64,000 nucleotides of DNA from positions 288,001 through 352,000 of the forward strand of contig CBDCRP010000002.1 of the NCBI GenBank assembly GCA_965221165.1, written 5' to 3'. A program made the position numbers and the translations under genes. Origin of the DNA: a bacterium (GTDB lineage Bacteria; UBA8248). How positions within the stretch are numbered: the first letter of the stretch is position 1; each line of letters starts with the position of its first letter. This document shows, piece by piece, positions 9,425-18,769 of this stretch. The notes beneath the pieces are model-generated. The model had not been told where the DNA came from. It was given only the letters and a program-made list of their open reading frames with translations, and made no database searches.

Positions 9425-11059
9425 TCAGATGCCGCGCGGACGTTCGGGAACCGCTTTCGCCTTTCGCCCCCTGCCTGCGGGTTGTCGCATATTCACGGCG
9501 AGCCTGAACTTGTTCACCGCGTTCACGAAGGCCTTTGCGCCCGCCTCCACGGTATCGGGACTCGTGGCGTGGCCGGCTATCTGCAGGTCGCCGTCGAACT
9601 CGACCATCATGTTCACCTCGGCGAGCGCGTCGCGCCCCCGGGTGACGGCGTTGACCGAAAAATCCGCCAGACGGCATTCGATGCCCACGACCCGGCAGAT
9701 GGCGTTGATGGCCGCATCCACGGGGCCGTTGCCCTGGCTCACGTCGGAGTATTCATCCTCGCCCTGCCTGAGCCGCACCGTGGCCGTGGAGGCCGGCTGC
9801 GTGCCCGTGGAGGACGTGACCTGCAGGAATTCGAGGTTGTAGTAGTTCTCCCCGCCCTCGGCGCGGTTTTGCTGCAACAGCGCAATCAAATCCTCGTCGT
9901 AGACCTCTTTTTTCTTGTCCGCCAGGTCGATGAAGCGCGGGTAGATGGCCGTGATGTCCTCGCGCGTCATCTTGAAGCCCAACTGCTCGTAGCGCTTCCT
10001 CAGGCCCGCGCGGCCCGAGTGCTTGCCGAGTACGAGCGTGTTCGAGGGCCGGCCCACGGACTTGGGCGTCATGATCTCATAGGTGATCGCCTTCGATATC
10101 ACCCCGTGCTGGTGGATGCCCGCCTCGTGCGCGAAGGCGTTCTTGCCCACCACCGCCTTGTTGGGCTGCACGGGCACGCCCGTCATGGAGGTCAGGAGCC
10201 TGCTCGTGGGGTAGATCTCGCGCGTCTTGACCCCCGATTTGTAGTTGAGCTCATCCGTTCGGGTGGAGATGGCCATCACGAACTCCTCGAGCGAGGCGTT
10301 GCCCGCCCGCTCGCCGATGCCGTTGATGGTGCACTCCACCTGCCGCACGCCGGATTCGATGGCCACGATGCTGTTCGCCACCGCGAGGCCCAAATCGTCG
10401 TGGCAGTGCGCGCTGAATACCACGTCGTCATAGCTCGGCACTTTTTCGAAAATATGCTCCCAGAAGCGCTTGAACTCGCTCGGGATGATGTAGCCCACCG
10501 TGTCGGGGAGGTTGATGGTGGTCGCCCCCTCCTCGATGGCGATCTTCACCGTCTCGGCCAGGAAATCCCAGTCCGAGCGCGTGGCGTCCTCCGCACTCCA
10601 CTCCACGTCCTTGCAGAGTTTTCTCGCATGGCGCACCGAGGCGGCGATCTCTTTTAAGAGCGCCGCGCGCGTCATCCTGAGCTTGTGCTTCAGGTGAATG
10701 TCCGACGTCGCGATGAAGGTGTGGATTCTGGGCTTTTTCGCGTGACGCACCGCCTCCCAGCAGCGGTCGATGTCCTCGCGCGCCGAGCGCGAAAGACCGG
10801 CGACGATAGTCTTGCTCACCGCCTTGGCCACGTCGCGCACCGATTCGAACTCATCGTTCGACGCGATGGGAAAACCTGCTTCTATGACGTCCACGCCCAG
10901 CTTTTCGAGCTGAACCGCCATCTGCGCCTTCTGGAAACGGTCCATGCTGCAACCGGGCGATTGCTCCCCGTCTCTGAGCGTGGTGTCGAAAATACGGATC
11001 CGGTTCGAGGCCCTGCCTCTGGATGGTTTCTGTCGTACCGTCGTGGCTTCTCTCGCCAT
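9425..11059 (-). CDS. leuA: 2-isopropylmalate synthase
   Basis: DTTLRDGEQSPG, HCHDDLG, NGIGERAGNA, HEAGIHQHG, LGKHSGR, C-terminal regulatory domain with GNGPVDA. Confidence 0.96.
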   Translation of the reverse strand: MAREATTVRQKPSRGRASNRIRIFDTTLRDGEQSPGCSMDRFQKAQMAVQLEKLGVDVIEAGFPIASNDEFESVRDVAKAVSKTIVAGLSRSAREDIDRCWEAVRHAKKPRIHTFIATSDIHLKHKLRMTRAALLKEIAASVRHARKLCKDVEWSAEDATRSDWDFLAETVKIAIEEGATTINLPDTVGYIIPSEFKRFWEHIFEKVPSYDDVVFSAHCHDDLGLAVANSIVAIESGVRQVECTINGIGERAGNASLEEFVMAISTRTDELNYKSGVKTREIYPTSRLLTSMTGVPVQPNKAVVGKNAFAHEAGIHQHGVISKAITYEIMTPKSVGRPSNTLVLGKHSGRAGLRKRYEQLGFKMTREDITAIYPRFIDLADKKKEVYDEDLIALLQQNRAEGGENYYNLEFLQVTSSTGTQPASTATVRLRQGEDEYSDVSQGNGPVDAAINAICRVVGIECRLADFSVNAVTRGRDALAEVNMMVEFDGDLQIAGHATSPDTVEAGAKAFVNAVNKFRLAVNMRQPAGRGRKAKAVPERPRGI

Positions 11060-11443
11060 GGGTTTAAGGCTCCTTAGGAATTTTCCGGTGTATGTGCGCC
11101 TTGGGCGGAGCGCCTGATTTTAGTTGGCGGATGGGCGCTTGCGCGCAAGACGGGTGAACGCGCTGGTTTCCTAAGAAGCCAGTGGATGGCGGGGCGTCTT
11201 GAACACGCCCCAGGACCTCCTGCGATCCCGATGTGTCATCGAATCAAAACTCCATATCGTTCAATCGAGCGCGAGGACTTATGCTCAACAGGCGACGCCG
11301 GGCAACAAATCCTCTTAAAAACAACGACTATCTCCCTTATCCGCCAAGCGGGCGTTCAGGTCAAGTCTCCTTTTTCGTTTTTCCCCGGTTTTGCGAATCA
11401 ACCTCCCTCAAGTTCCGGCTCAAGCGCGTATGAAACGCCGGCC

Positions 11444-12205
11444 CTATTGCGCGTACTGCCCGCCGTCCACCACCAGGGCCGCGCCCGTCATGAAGCTCGA
11501 TGCGTCGCTGGCCAGAAAGAGAACGGCCCCTTTGAGTTCCTCTGGCCGGCCGGTGCGCCCCATCGGTATGTGGGCCCTGATCATCCTCTCCCCCGCTTCC
11601 GAGGCGAAGAATTTGCTGTTGATGTCGGTCAGGAAATACCCCGGCGCCAGGGCGTTCACCCGCACGCCCGTCCTCGCCCACTCGAGCGCGAGCGTCTTGG
11701 TGAGCTGAATGATTCCCCCTTTGCTCGCCGAATAGGCGGAGAGCATCTTCACCCCGATGAAACCGGCGACCGAAGCCACGTTCACGATCGCGCCGCCGCC
11801 GCGCTCGATCATCCCCGGCGCCACGGCCTGACACATCAGAAACGTGCCCCGCAGGTTCGTCTCCAGCACCTGGTTCCACCGCTCGAGCGGCAGATCGGTG
11901 GCCCAGCCCTCGCCGCTGACGCCGCTGTTGTTCACCAGAACGTCGATGGGCCCCAGCGAAGCTTCCGCCTCGCGCGCCGCCTCGCGGATGGAATCGGGAT
12001 TCGTCAAATCGCAACCGACGGCGTGGGCCGTGCGGCCCAGGGCGCGAATCTCCTCCGCCGCCTCGTCGAGCTTCTCTTTTCGTCTCGCCGCCAGGGCGAC
12101 GTCGGCTCCCGCCTCGGCCAGGGCATGGGCCATCGCGCGGCCGAGACCCGTGCCGCCTCCTGTTACCAAAGCTCTCTTTCCCCTTAAATCAAATAGTTGT
12201 GGCAA
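11444..12205 (-). CDS. Short-chain dehydrogenase/reductase (SDR)
   Basis: VTGGGTGLG, VNNSG, YSASKGG catalytic motif, RVNALAPG. Likely TTG start at 12205 with GGGGA upstream. Confidence 0.92.
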   Translation of the reverse strand: MPQLFDLRGKRALVTGGGTGLGRAMAHALAEAGADVALAARRKEKLDEAAEEIRALGRTAHAVGCDLTNPDSIREAAREAEASLGPIDVLVNNSGVSGEGWATDLPLERWNQVLETNLRGTFLMCQAVAPGMIERGGGAIVNVASVAGFIGVKMLSAYSASKGGIIQLTKTLALEWARTGVRVNALAPGYFLTDINSKFFASEAGERMIRAHIPMGRTGRPEELKGAVLFLASDASSFMTGAALVVDGGQYAQ

Positions 12206-12240
12206 TTCACTTTCCCCTGAATGTAAAGTTTCCGTAAAGT

Positions 12241-12446
12241 TTGCCCACAGAATTCGTGAATAAGTTGTGGATAAGTCTGTGACGAGGGCCTCTAAACCCC
12301 CTATTTTCATTCACTTAAAGCATTTTGACACTTTCTTGAGCAAACATTACAACTCTTTTAATATCAATAATATACACTAAATTTTCGCCCCACGAGGCCT
12401 TGTATTTTCGCCTTAATCATTGTTTTTGCGCAAGTTCTGTGGACAA
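12241..12446. promoter_or_regulatory. Cluster of DnaA-box-like 9-mers around an AT-rich core
   Basis: Perfect TGTGGATAA (12266-12274; reverse complement TTATCCACA), CGTGAATAA (12255), TGTGGACAA (12438), TTGCCCACA (12241). Confidence 0.55.
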
Positions 12447-12482
12447 ATCCCCGCTTCCCACCCCGTCGAGCCTTTAGAATTT

Positions 12483-13079
12483 TTATTTTGAGTCATCATC
12501 CTCACCAAAAATCCCCGCCGATCGCGCCTCGTAAAACAACAAGCAAGTCGCGCCGTAGCGCCTCTCCCGCACGAGTCTCGCCTCGCCCGCCTCGCTGCTT
12601 TTTTCCGCAGCGCCTCGGGGGGCCTCCATCACCAACTCTGCGCATATCGGCTCAGGCGTGAAGACGGCCTCGAGCAACTCCAGGCGCAGCGCCTCATCCC
12701 GCCAGGGCGGATCGGCGAAGGCAAAGTCTATCGCGTGTGCGGAGTCCGCCCGCATTCGCCTGACCTCTGAAATCACGTCCGCGCAGCGCACCTCGAAGCC
12801 CCCGGCCAGGCCGAGGGTTTCGGCGTTTCGCCGCATGGCATCGCATAGGCGCGGGTTTCTCTCCACGGCGACGACGCGCGCAGCGCCGCGGCTGAGCGCC
12901 TCAAGCGATATCGCGCCCGAACCTGCGCACAAATCGAGCACGCACTCGCCATCCAGCACCGGCCCCCAGATGTTGAACAGCGCCTCGCGCACCCGCTCGC
13001 CCGTGGGCCGCACATCGGCCTCTTTGGGCGATGGAATCCGCCGGCTCCGCGCCGCGCCGCCGATGATCCTGAGCGACAT
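12483..13079 (-). CDS. rsmD: 16S rRNA (guanine966-N2)-methyltransferase RsmD
   Basis: LRIIGG, VRPTGERVREALFN, LDLCAGSGA...EALSRGA, FADPPW, RRYG. Confidence 0.92.
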   Translation of the reverse strand: MSLRIIGGAARSRRIPSPKEADVRPTGERVREALFNIWGPVLDGECVLDLCAGSGAISLEALSRGAARVVAVERNPRLCDAMRRNAETLGLAGGFEVRCADVISEVRRMRADSAHAIDFAFADPPWRDEALRLELLEAVFTPEPICAELVMEAPRGAAEKSSEAGEARLVRERRYGATCLLFYEARSAGIFGEDDDSK

Positions 13080-13086
13080 CAGTGTC

Positions 13087-13995
13087 TCAGAGACGCTCGA
13101 AGTGGGCCAGTTCGCCAAAGGCCCGGTAGCGCGCGTCGATCTCCTCGCTCGAGAGCGCGCGCATGCGATCATAGCTGAACGATTCCACGTTGAACGAGGC
13201 CATGACGCTGCCGAATACGACCGCCTTGCGCATCCCCGTCTCGCTCAGGTCGCCCGTGGCGGCGAGATGGCCCATGAAGCCGCCGGCGAAGCTGTCGCCC
13301 GCACCCGTGGGGTCGCAGACGTCCTCAATCGGAAGCCCCGGGGCGGAGAACACCCCGTCCTCATGAAAGAGCAGCGCGCCGTACTCGCCTTGTTTCACCA
13401 CCAGGGTTTTGGGACCTATCTCCCGAACCCGGCGCGCGGCGCGCGCGATGTTCGCCTCCCCCGAGAGTGCGCGCGCCTCCGCGTCGTTGATGACGACCAG
13501 ATCGACCATCGAGAGGGTATTTAGCAAAGCCTCGCGCCTGCCCTCTATCCAGAAGTTCATGGTGTCGCACGCCACGAGCCTGGGCGAGTTCGCCTGTGAG
13601 ACGACGGCGGCCTGAAGCCCAGGGTCGATGTTCGCCAGAAACACGAATTCCGTATCGCGAAAAGCATCCGGCAGCCTGGGCGAGAAACTCTCGAAGACGT
13701 TGAGCTGCGTGTCGAGCGTGTGTGCGGTGTTCAAGTCGAAGCCGTATTCCCCCTTCCAGCGGAACGTCTTTCCTTCGCTTCGCTCGATTCCCGAGACGTC
13801 GATTTTCCGCTCTTTCAGAAACGCGAGCGTATCTTCGGGAAAATCCGCCCCCACGACGGCCACGAGCCGCACGTCCGTGAAATAGCTCGCCGCCACCGAA
13901 AAATAGGTGGCCGAACCCCCCACCGCCTCCTCCCGCTCGCCGAAGGGCGTCTTCACCGAATCAATCGCCATGGAACCGACCACCAGAAGACTCAT
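13087..13995 (-). CDS. PfkB family carbohydrate/nucleoside kinase
   Basis: GGSATY, DTMNFWI, INDAE, VKQGEYG, DPTGAGDSFAGG anion-hole motif. Confidence 0.93.
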   Translation of the reverse strand: MSLLVVGSMAIDSVKTPFGEREEAVGGSATYFSVAASYFTDVRLVAVVGADFPEDTLAFLKERKIDVSGIERSEGKTFRWKGEYGFDLNTAHTLDTQLNVFESFSPRLPDAFRDTEFVFLANIDPGLQAAVVSQANSPRLVACDTMNFWIEGRREALLNTLSMVDLVVINDAEARALSGEANIARAARRVREIGPKTLVVKQGEYGALLFHEDGVFSAPGLPIEDVCDPTGAGDSFAGGFMGHLAATGDLSETGMRKAVVFGSVMASFNVESFSYDRMRALSSEEIDARYRAFGELAHFERL

Positions 13996-14292
13996 CTTTC
14001 CCCCATCATAAAATTTTCATAAGACGCATACGTTGTTTGCCACTATCTGGCCGGAGAGCGTGTGACTCATCGACGCCGCGTAGCGCGCTGCCTTTTCGGC
14101 TCGGCAACGCCTCCCTTACCCGAGTAGACCACGCCGGAGGGGCGCGTCCGTTTCCATCTCGTTCTCCAGGAGGCCAACTCTAACTTCAAAGCGCGCGCGT
14201 TTCAAAGGGGATACCCATTTCGGGGCGAAATATGTTTTAATGGCTCCAAAGCCGCGAGAAGAGACGGAAAACGCTTCCGGGAGAAGCGTGCG

Positions 14293-15426
14293 TTGGTTTC
14301 TTCCGTTCACGAGCAAAGGCAAAGCCTCATGGACGCGAAACACCCCCTCGCCACGCGCGGGGAATTGGCGAATCTCGATTTCTTCACCAATCTGGCCGAC
14401 CGCTACCTCGCCGTAGACGGCCTGGAGGCGCGCTGGGTGTCTTTCTCGAAAAAAGAGATTCTCCCCGACAGAAAAACGGCCCAAAAGATGCACTATCTCG
14501 TCTGCCTGGCGCGCGCGGTCGAGGAGACGCTCGATTCCGCCTTCCGCTCAGGCCACATCCCCGGCACCGCCTTTTTCGGCAGGGGAAACGAGGGCGCGAG
14601 CGTCGCGAGCGCGATGTGTCTCGAAGATCACGAATGGCTCGTGCCCATGCACAGAAACTGCGGCGCGCACCTCGCCAAGGGCCATCCGCCCAGGAGCATC
14701 ATGTCGCATTTCTTCGGACGCGCCGACGGCCCCTCGGGCGGGCGCGACGGGAATTTTCACATGGGCTACCGGCCCAAGCGGATCACCCAGCTCATCAGCC
14801 ACATCGGCACCATGGTGCCCATCGCCACCGGCGTGGCATGGGCGGCCAAGGCGCGCGGCAAGGGCGAGGCCACCATCAACTATATCGGGGACGGCGGTAC
14901 GAGTTCGGGCGATTTCCACGAGGCGGTGAACTTCGCCGCCGTGAGAAAGCTCCCCCTCGTCATCGTCATCGACAACAACCAGTACGCATTCAAGACGCTT
15001 TTGAGCGATCAGTACGCATGCGACGCCCTGGTGCTCAAGGCGCCCGGCTACGGCATCCCGGGCTTTCTCATCGACGGCACGAACGCGCCCCTGGTGCATC
15101 ACGTGTGCTCAGAGGCGCTCGCGCGCGCAAGGGCGGGCGGCGGCCCCACCCTCATCGAGAGCATCACGCTGCGCGCCGCCGGCCATTCGGTGTACGATAA
15201 ATTTTCCGACTACGTGGACATGGAACACTTCGAGAAATGGACCAGCGAGCGCGACCCCATCAAGCGGCTCGATGAGGCGCTCATCGAGTTCGGCGTCATG
15301 ACGGCGGAAGAAGTCGACGCCTCGCACGAGAAAGCGAAACGAGACGCGGAAGACGCGCGCGATGAGGCGCTTAAAAGCCCGATGCCGGACCCCGCGGGCT
15401 TGACCCAAGGAGTGTTCGCCGAATGA
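14293..15426 (+). CDS. 2-oxoacid dehydrogenase E1 alpha subunit (TPP-dependent)
   Basis: GDGGTSSGDFHEAVNFA...IDNN TPP motif, GGGPTLIE, R..GHS, DPI. Start uncertain. Confidence 0.92.
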   Translation: MVSSVHEQRQSLMDAKHPLATRGELANLDFFTNLADRYLAVDGLEARWVSFSKKEILPDRKTAQKMHYLVCLARAVEETLDSAFRSGHIPGTAFFGRGNEGASVASAMCLEDHEWLVPMHRNCGAHLAKGHPPRSIMSHFFGRADGPSGGRDGNFHMGYRPKRITQLISHIGTMVPIATGVAWAAKARGKGEATINYIGDGGTSSGDFHEAVNFAAVRKLPLVIVIDNNQYAFKTLLSDQYACDALVLKAPGYGIPGFLIDGTNAPLVHHVCSEALARARAGGGPTLIESITLRAAGHSVYDKFSDYVDMEHFEKWTSERDPIKRLDEALIEFGVMTAEEVDASHEKAKRDAEDARDEALKSPMPDPAGLTQGVFAE

Positions 15427-16415
15427 TCACCTACCGCGAAGCGCTGAGCGCCGCCCTCTGGGAGGAGATGGAGCGCGATGAGGACGTGTTTCTCTTAGGA
15501 GAGGACATCGGCCTGGGCGGCGGGGCTTTTTACATCACCAAGGGGTTCATGGAGAAATTCGGGCGCGACCGCGTGGTGGACGTCCCCTTGAGCGAGGCGG
15601 GCTTCACGGGGGCCGCAATCGGCGCCGCGCTTTGCGGAATGCGGCCCGTGGTGGAGTTTCAGTTCGCCGATTTCGTCACCGAATCCTACAAGATGATCGT
15701 GGATTACGCAGCCGGAAACCATTACCGGCAGATGGGGCCCGTGCCCATCGTCCTGCGCCTGCCGGCCGCCGCCCTCGTGAGCGCGGGGCCGTTTCACAGC
15801 CAGAACCCCGAAATCTGGTTTTTCGGAACGCCGGGCCTCAAGATAGTCGCGCCCACGACCGCCCACGACGCCAAGGGGATGCTCAAGGAAGCGATTCGAG
15901 ACCCCAACCCCGTCATCTTCATGGAATACAAAAAGTTCTATAACTACCCGGTGGATGAATTGCCCGAAGTCTTGAGGCCCGAGATTCCAGAGGGTGATTA
16001 CACCGTGCCCTTCGGCGAGGCGAAAGCCCTGCGCGAGGGGGATGACGTATCGCTCATCACCTTCGGCACCACCGTGCTCGAAGCGCTGGAAGCGGCGGAA
16101 GTGCTCGAGGCCGATGGGGTATCGGTCGAGGTCATCGACTTGAGGACCCTGGTTCCACTCGATAAAGAAGCGATAATCGAAAGCGCCAAGAAAACGGGGA
16201 AAATCCTCTTCCTGCACGAGGCGAGAAAACGAGGGGGCGTGGGAGGCGAGTTGGCCGCCATCGTGGCGGAGGAGGTCTTTGAATATCTCGACGCCCCCAT
16301 CCGCCGCATGGGCGCGCCGGAGGCCCACGTGCCGCTCAGTCCTCCGCTCGAGCGCGCCTACCTGCCCAGCACGGAGAAGGTGGTGAACGAGTTACGCGAT
16401 CTCGCCGCGTTCTAG
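15423..16415 (+). CDS. 2-oxoacid dehydrogenase E1 beta subunit
   Basis: LGEDIG, DVPLSE, RPVVEFQFADF, HSQNPE, VIDLRTLVPLD, LDAPIRR. ATGA overlap with E1 alpha. Confidence 0.95.
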   Translation: MITYREALSAALWEEMERDEDVFLLGEDIGLGGGAFYITKGFMEKFGRDRVVDVPLSEAGFTGAAIGAALCGMRPVVEFQFADFVTESYKMIVDYAAGNHYRQMGPVPIVLRLPAAALVSAGPFHSQNPEIWFFGTPGLKIVAPTTAHDAKGMLKEAIRDPNPVIFMEYKKFYNYPVDELPEVLRPEIPEGDYTVPFGEAKALREGDDVSLITFGTTVLEALEAAEVLEADGVSVEVIDLRTLVPLDKEAIIESAKKTGKILFLHEARKRGGVGGELAAIVAEEVFEYLDAPIRRMGAPEAHVPLSPPLERAYLPSTEKVVNELRDLAAF

Positions 16416-16498
16416 CCCCCCGCCTCATCTGGCGCATTTCCGAATTTTCGAGTAAAACAAATTTTCGATTGCATCCACCAAAGCCGAGGGAATCTGAC

Positions 16499-17773
16499 AT
16501 GTACACCGCGCGCATCAGAATGCCCCGCATGGGAACCAGCGTGCACGAGAGCACGGTGGTGGACTGGAAGAAGGCGGTGGGCGACACGGTGTCGAAGGGC
16601 GAGGTGCTGCTTTCGGCGGAGAGCGACAAGGTGGAGTTCGAGGTCGAAGCCCCCGCCGACGGCGTGATAACGGAAATCCTGGCGCGAGCCGAAGAAACGG
16701 TGCCCGTGGGCGAGGTGCTCGCGACCATGGAGACCGAAACCGAGGTTTCAGACGAAACGCCCGAACCAGATGCGAGTTCCAGCGATTGGGCCGCCCCGGT
16801 CGCTCCCTTACAGCCGAGGGAGAAGCCCGTCATTCCGGCGGTTCAGGCGCGAAAAGCGCCGCCCCCTTCGGGTGACAAGAAAACGTGGCTCTCCCCGCGC
16901 GTTCAAAGCCTCGCCGCCGCGCACGGCATTGATCTCGGCGTAATCTCAGGGATAGAGGGCACGGGAGCGGGCGGACGCGTCCGCGCGCGCGACGTGGAGG
17001 CCTTCATCGCGGGCGGCGGCATACCGCCCAGAATCGATATGTCGGCGGAGCCGCTGAGTGCGAATCGCGATGAGCGCACAGAACCCCTCAGCAGAATCAG
17101 GAAGCGGATCGCCGAAAACCTCACCCGCTCCGTGCGCGAGATTCCCCAGGTCACCAGTTGGCTCGATGTGGACATGGGCGGGGTGTCGGCCTTTCGGGAC
17201 GCGAACAAGCAGGCGTTTTACGAGAAACACGGCTGCCGCCTCACCTACACGCCCTTTTTCATCATGGCCATCGTCCACGCGCTCAGAAACGCGGATAACG
17301 AGCGCTTCAACGCCACTTATCATAACGACGCCCTCACCATCAAACGCTTCGTGAACCTGGGGGTCGCCGTGGACTCCCCGGGCGGTCTCGTGGTTCCCGC
17401 CCTCAAATCGGCGGATTCGATGAATATGGTGGAACTCTCCGCCCGGCTCGAGGATCTGGCGGCCCGTGCGCGGGAGGGGGCGCTTGCGCCCGACGACGCG
17501 CGGGGCGGGACGCTCACGCTCACCAATTTCGGCGCCTCGGGCGCCCTGGGCGGCAACCCCATCATCAACCCCCCCGAGGTGGCCATCATCGGCACGGGCG
17601 CTATCGTACCTCGCCCCGTGGCGCTCGCAAGCGGCGGAGTCTCGGTGCGGCCCATCATGACACTGGCAATCACCTTCGATCACCGCGTGAACGACGGCAT
17701 GGCGGCGGGCAGGTTTGTTTCCGACGTCCGCGAGGCGCTCGAGAACATGAATTTTTCCCTATTGGAGTATTAG
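16499..17773 (+). CDS. Dihydrolipoamide acyltransferase E2
   Basis: Lipoyl domain ESDKV, E3-binding segment SPRV...GTGAGGRV, catalytic FDHRVNDG. Confidence 0.95.
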   Translation: MYTARIRMPRMGTSVHESTVVDWKKAVGDTVSKGEVLLSAESDKVEFEVEAPADGVITEILARAEETVPVGEVLATMETETEVSDETPEPDASSSDWAAPVAPLQPREKPVIPAVQARKAPPPSGDKKTWLSPRVQSLAAAHGIDLGVISGIEGTGAGGRVRARDVEAFIAGGGIPPRIDMSAEPLSANRDERTEPLSRIRKRIAENLTRSVREIPQVTSWLDVDMGGVSAFRDANKQAFYEKHGCRLTYTPFFIMAIVHALRNADNERFNATYHNDALTIKRFVNLGVAVDSPGGLVVPALKSADSMNMVELSARLEDLAARAREGALAPDDARGGTLTLTNFGASGALGGNPIINPPEVAIIGTGAIVPRPVALASGGVSVRPIMTLAITFDHRVNDGMAAGRFVSDVREALENMNFSLLEY

Positions 17774-17845
17774 GAACCCCGTAGCCGGACTCACGTTCCT
17801 TTGCGTCCGGCGAGCGGCCAAGACGACAAGGAGTATGAAAATCCC

Positions 17846-18760
17846 ATGGCCAGACCAGACATCGACACCCTCTTGCGCTCCATGCTCTTCATCCCCGGAT
17901 CGAGCGAGAAGATGGTGGGCAAAGGGCCCACCATCGAGGCGGACGCCGCCCTGTTCGATCTGGAAGATTCCGTCGCCCCCCAGATGAAGGAAGAGGCGCG
18001 AAAACTCGTGCGCGCAGGCATCGCGGAGACGAAGGACGCCCCGAACGGCCCCTCCACCATTCTGGTGCGCGTGAACGACGTGGAATCAGGACATCTCGAA
18101 GAAGATGTCGACGCCATCGTGGCGGAAGGGCTCGACGGCATCTTTCTTCCAAAACCCGAGGGCGCTGCGGACGTGCGGACAGCGGACGCGCTTTTGGCGA
18201 AATACGAGCGTGAGCGCGGATTGACCGAAGGCGGGGTCGGCATCATCGCTCAGATCGAGAGCGCCTCGGGCGTGGTGCATTGCTACGACATTTGCAAGGC
18301 GGCCGACCGCGTCGTGGGCGTGAACCTGGGCAGCGCGGAGGATGCGGATTTATGCCGCAGCCTGGGCGCGACGTGGACCGAAGACGGCACGACGATCCTC
18401 TACACGCGCAGCAAGGTGCTCGTCGAGGCGCGCGCCGCGCGTCTGCCCCACCCCACCGACGGCGTCTACATGCGGCTGCAAGATGACGCGGGCTGCAGGG
18501 CGGATGCGGAGTTCGCCAAAAAGCTCGGCTACACCGGCAAGGCGGCCATCCACCCGAGACAGGTGCCGATCTTCAACGACGTCTACTCGCCGAGCGAAGA
18601 AGAGGTCGCCTATTACACCGAGATGGCCGAAGCCTACCGCGAAGGCGAGGCAAAAGGCCTTGGAGCGGTCTCCTTCAAGGGGAAGATGATCGACATCGCC
18701 ATGGTCAAGCACGCGGACAACGTACTCGCGCGCGCCCGCGCCATCGCCGAAAGAGCATAG
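17846..18760 (+). CDS. CitE/HpcH family CoA-ester lyase (malyl-/citramalyl-/citryl-CoA lyase-like)
   Basis: RSMLFIPG, DLEDSV, VRVN, LPK, IESASG, GYTGKAAIHPRQV, GKMID. Confidence 0.9.
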   Translation: MARPDIDTLLRSMLFIPGSSEKMVGKGPTIEADAALFDLEDSVAPQMKEEARKLVRAGIAETKDAPNGPSTILVRVNDVESGHLEEDVDAIVAEGLDGIFLPKPEGAADVRTADALLAKYERERGLTEGGVGIIAQIESASGVVHCYDICKAADRVVGVNLGSAEDADLCRSLGATWTEDGTTILYTRSKVLVEARAARLPHPTDGVYMRLQDDAGCRADAEFAKKLGYTGKAAIHPRQVPIFNDVYSPSEEEVAYYTEMAEAYREGEAKGLGAVSFKGKMIDIAMVKHADNVLARARAIAERA

Positions 18761-18769
18761 GCTCAGCGC

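Noticed and set aside
9482-10657. Long antisense or alternate-frame ORFs (also 22859-23944, 40868-41887, 48119-49351, 50366-51865, 59927-61081, 62268-63308)
   Set aside because: They overlap well-supported genes, lack motifs, and are expected from high GC3 codon bias.
11171-11239. 22-aa upstream ORF (MTHRDRRRSWGVFKTPRHPLAS) and GGGGCGT/ACGCCCC hairpin in the leuA leader as a leucine attenuator
   Set aside because: Only one Leu codon, no U-tailed terminator, and no T-box motif seen.
14000-14290. Riboswitch or ncRNA between pfkB and E1 alpha (GCC-GAAAA-GGC hairpin, GGCAAAC)
   Set aside because: No complete riboswitch consensus recognised; more likely a divergent promoter region.
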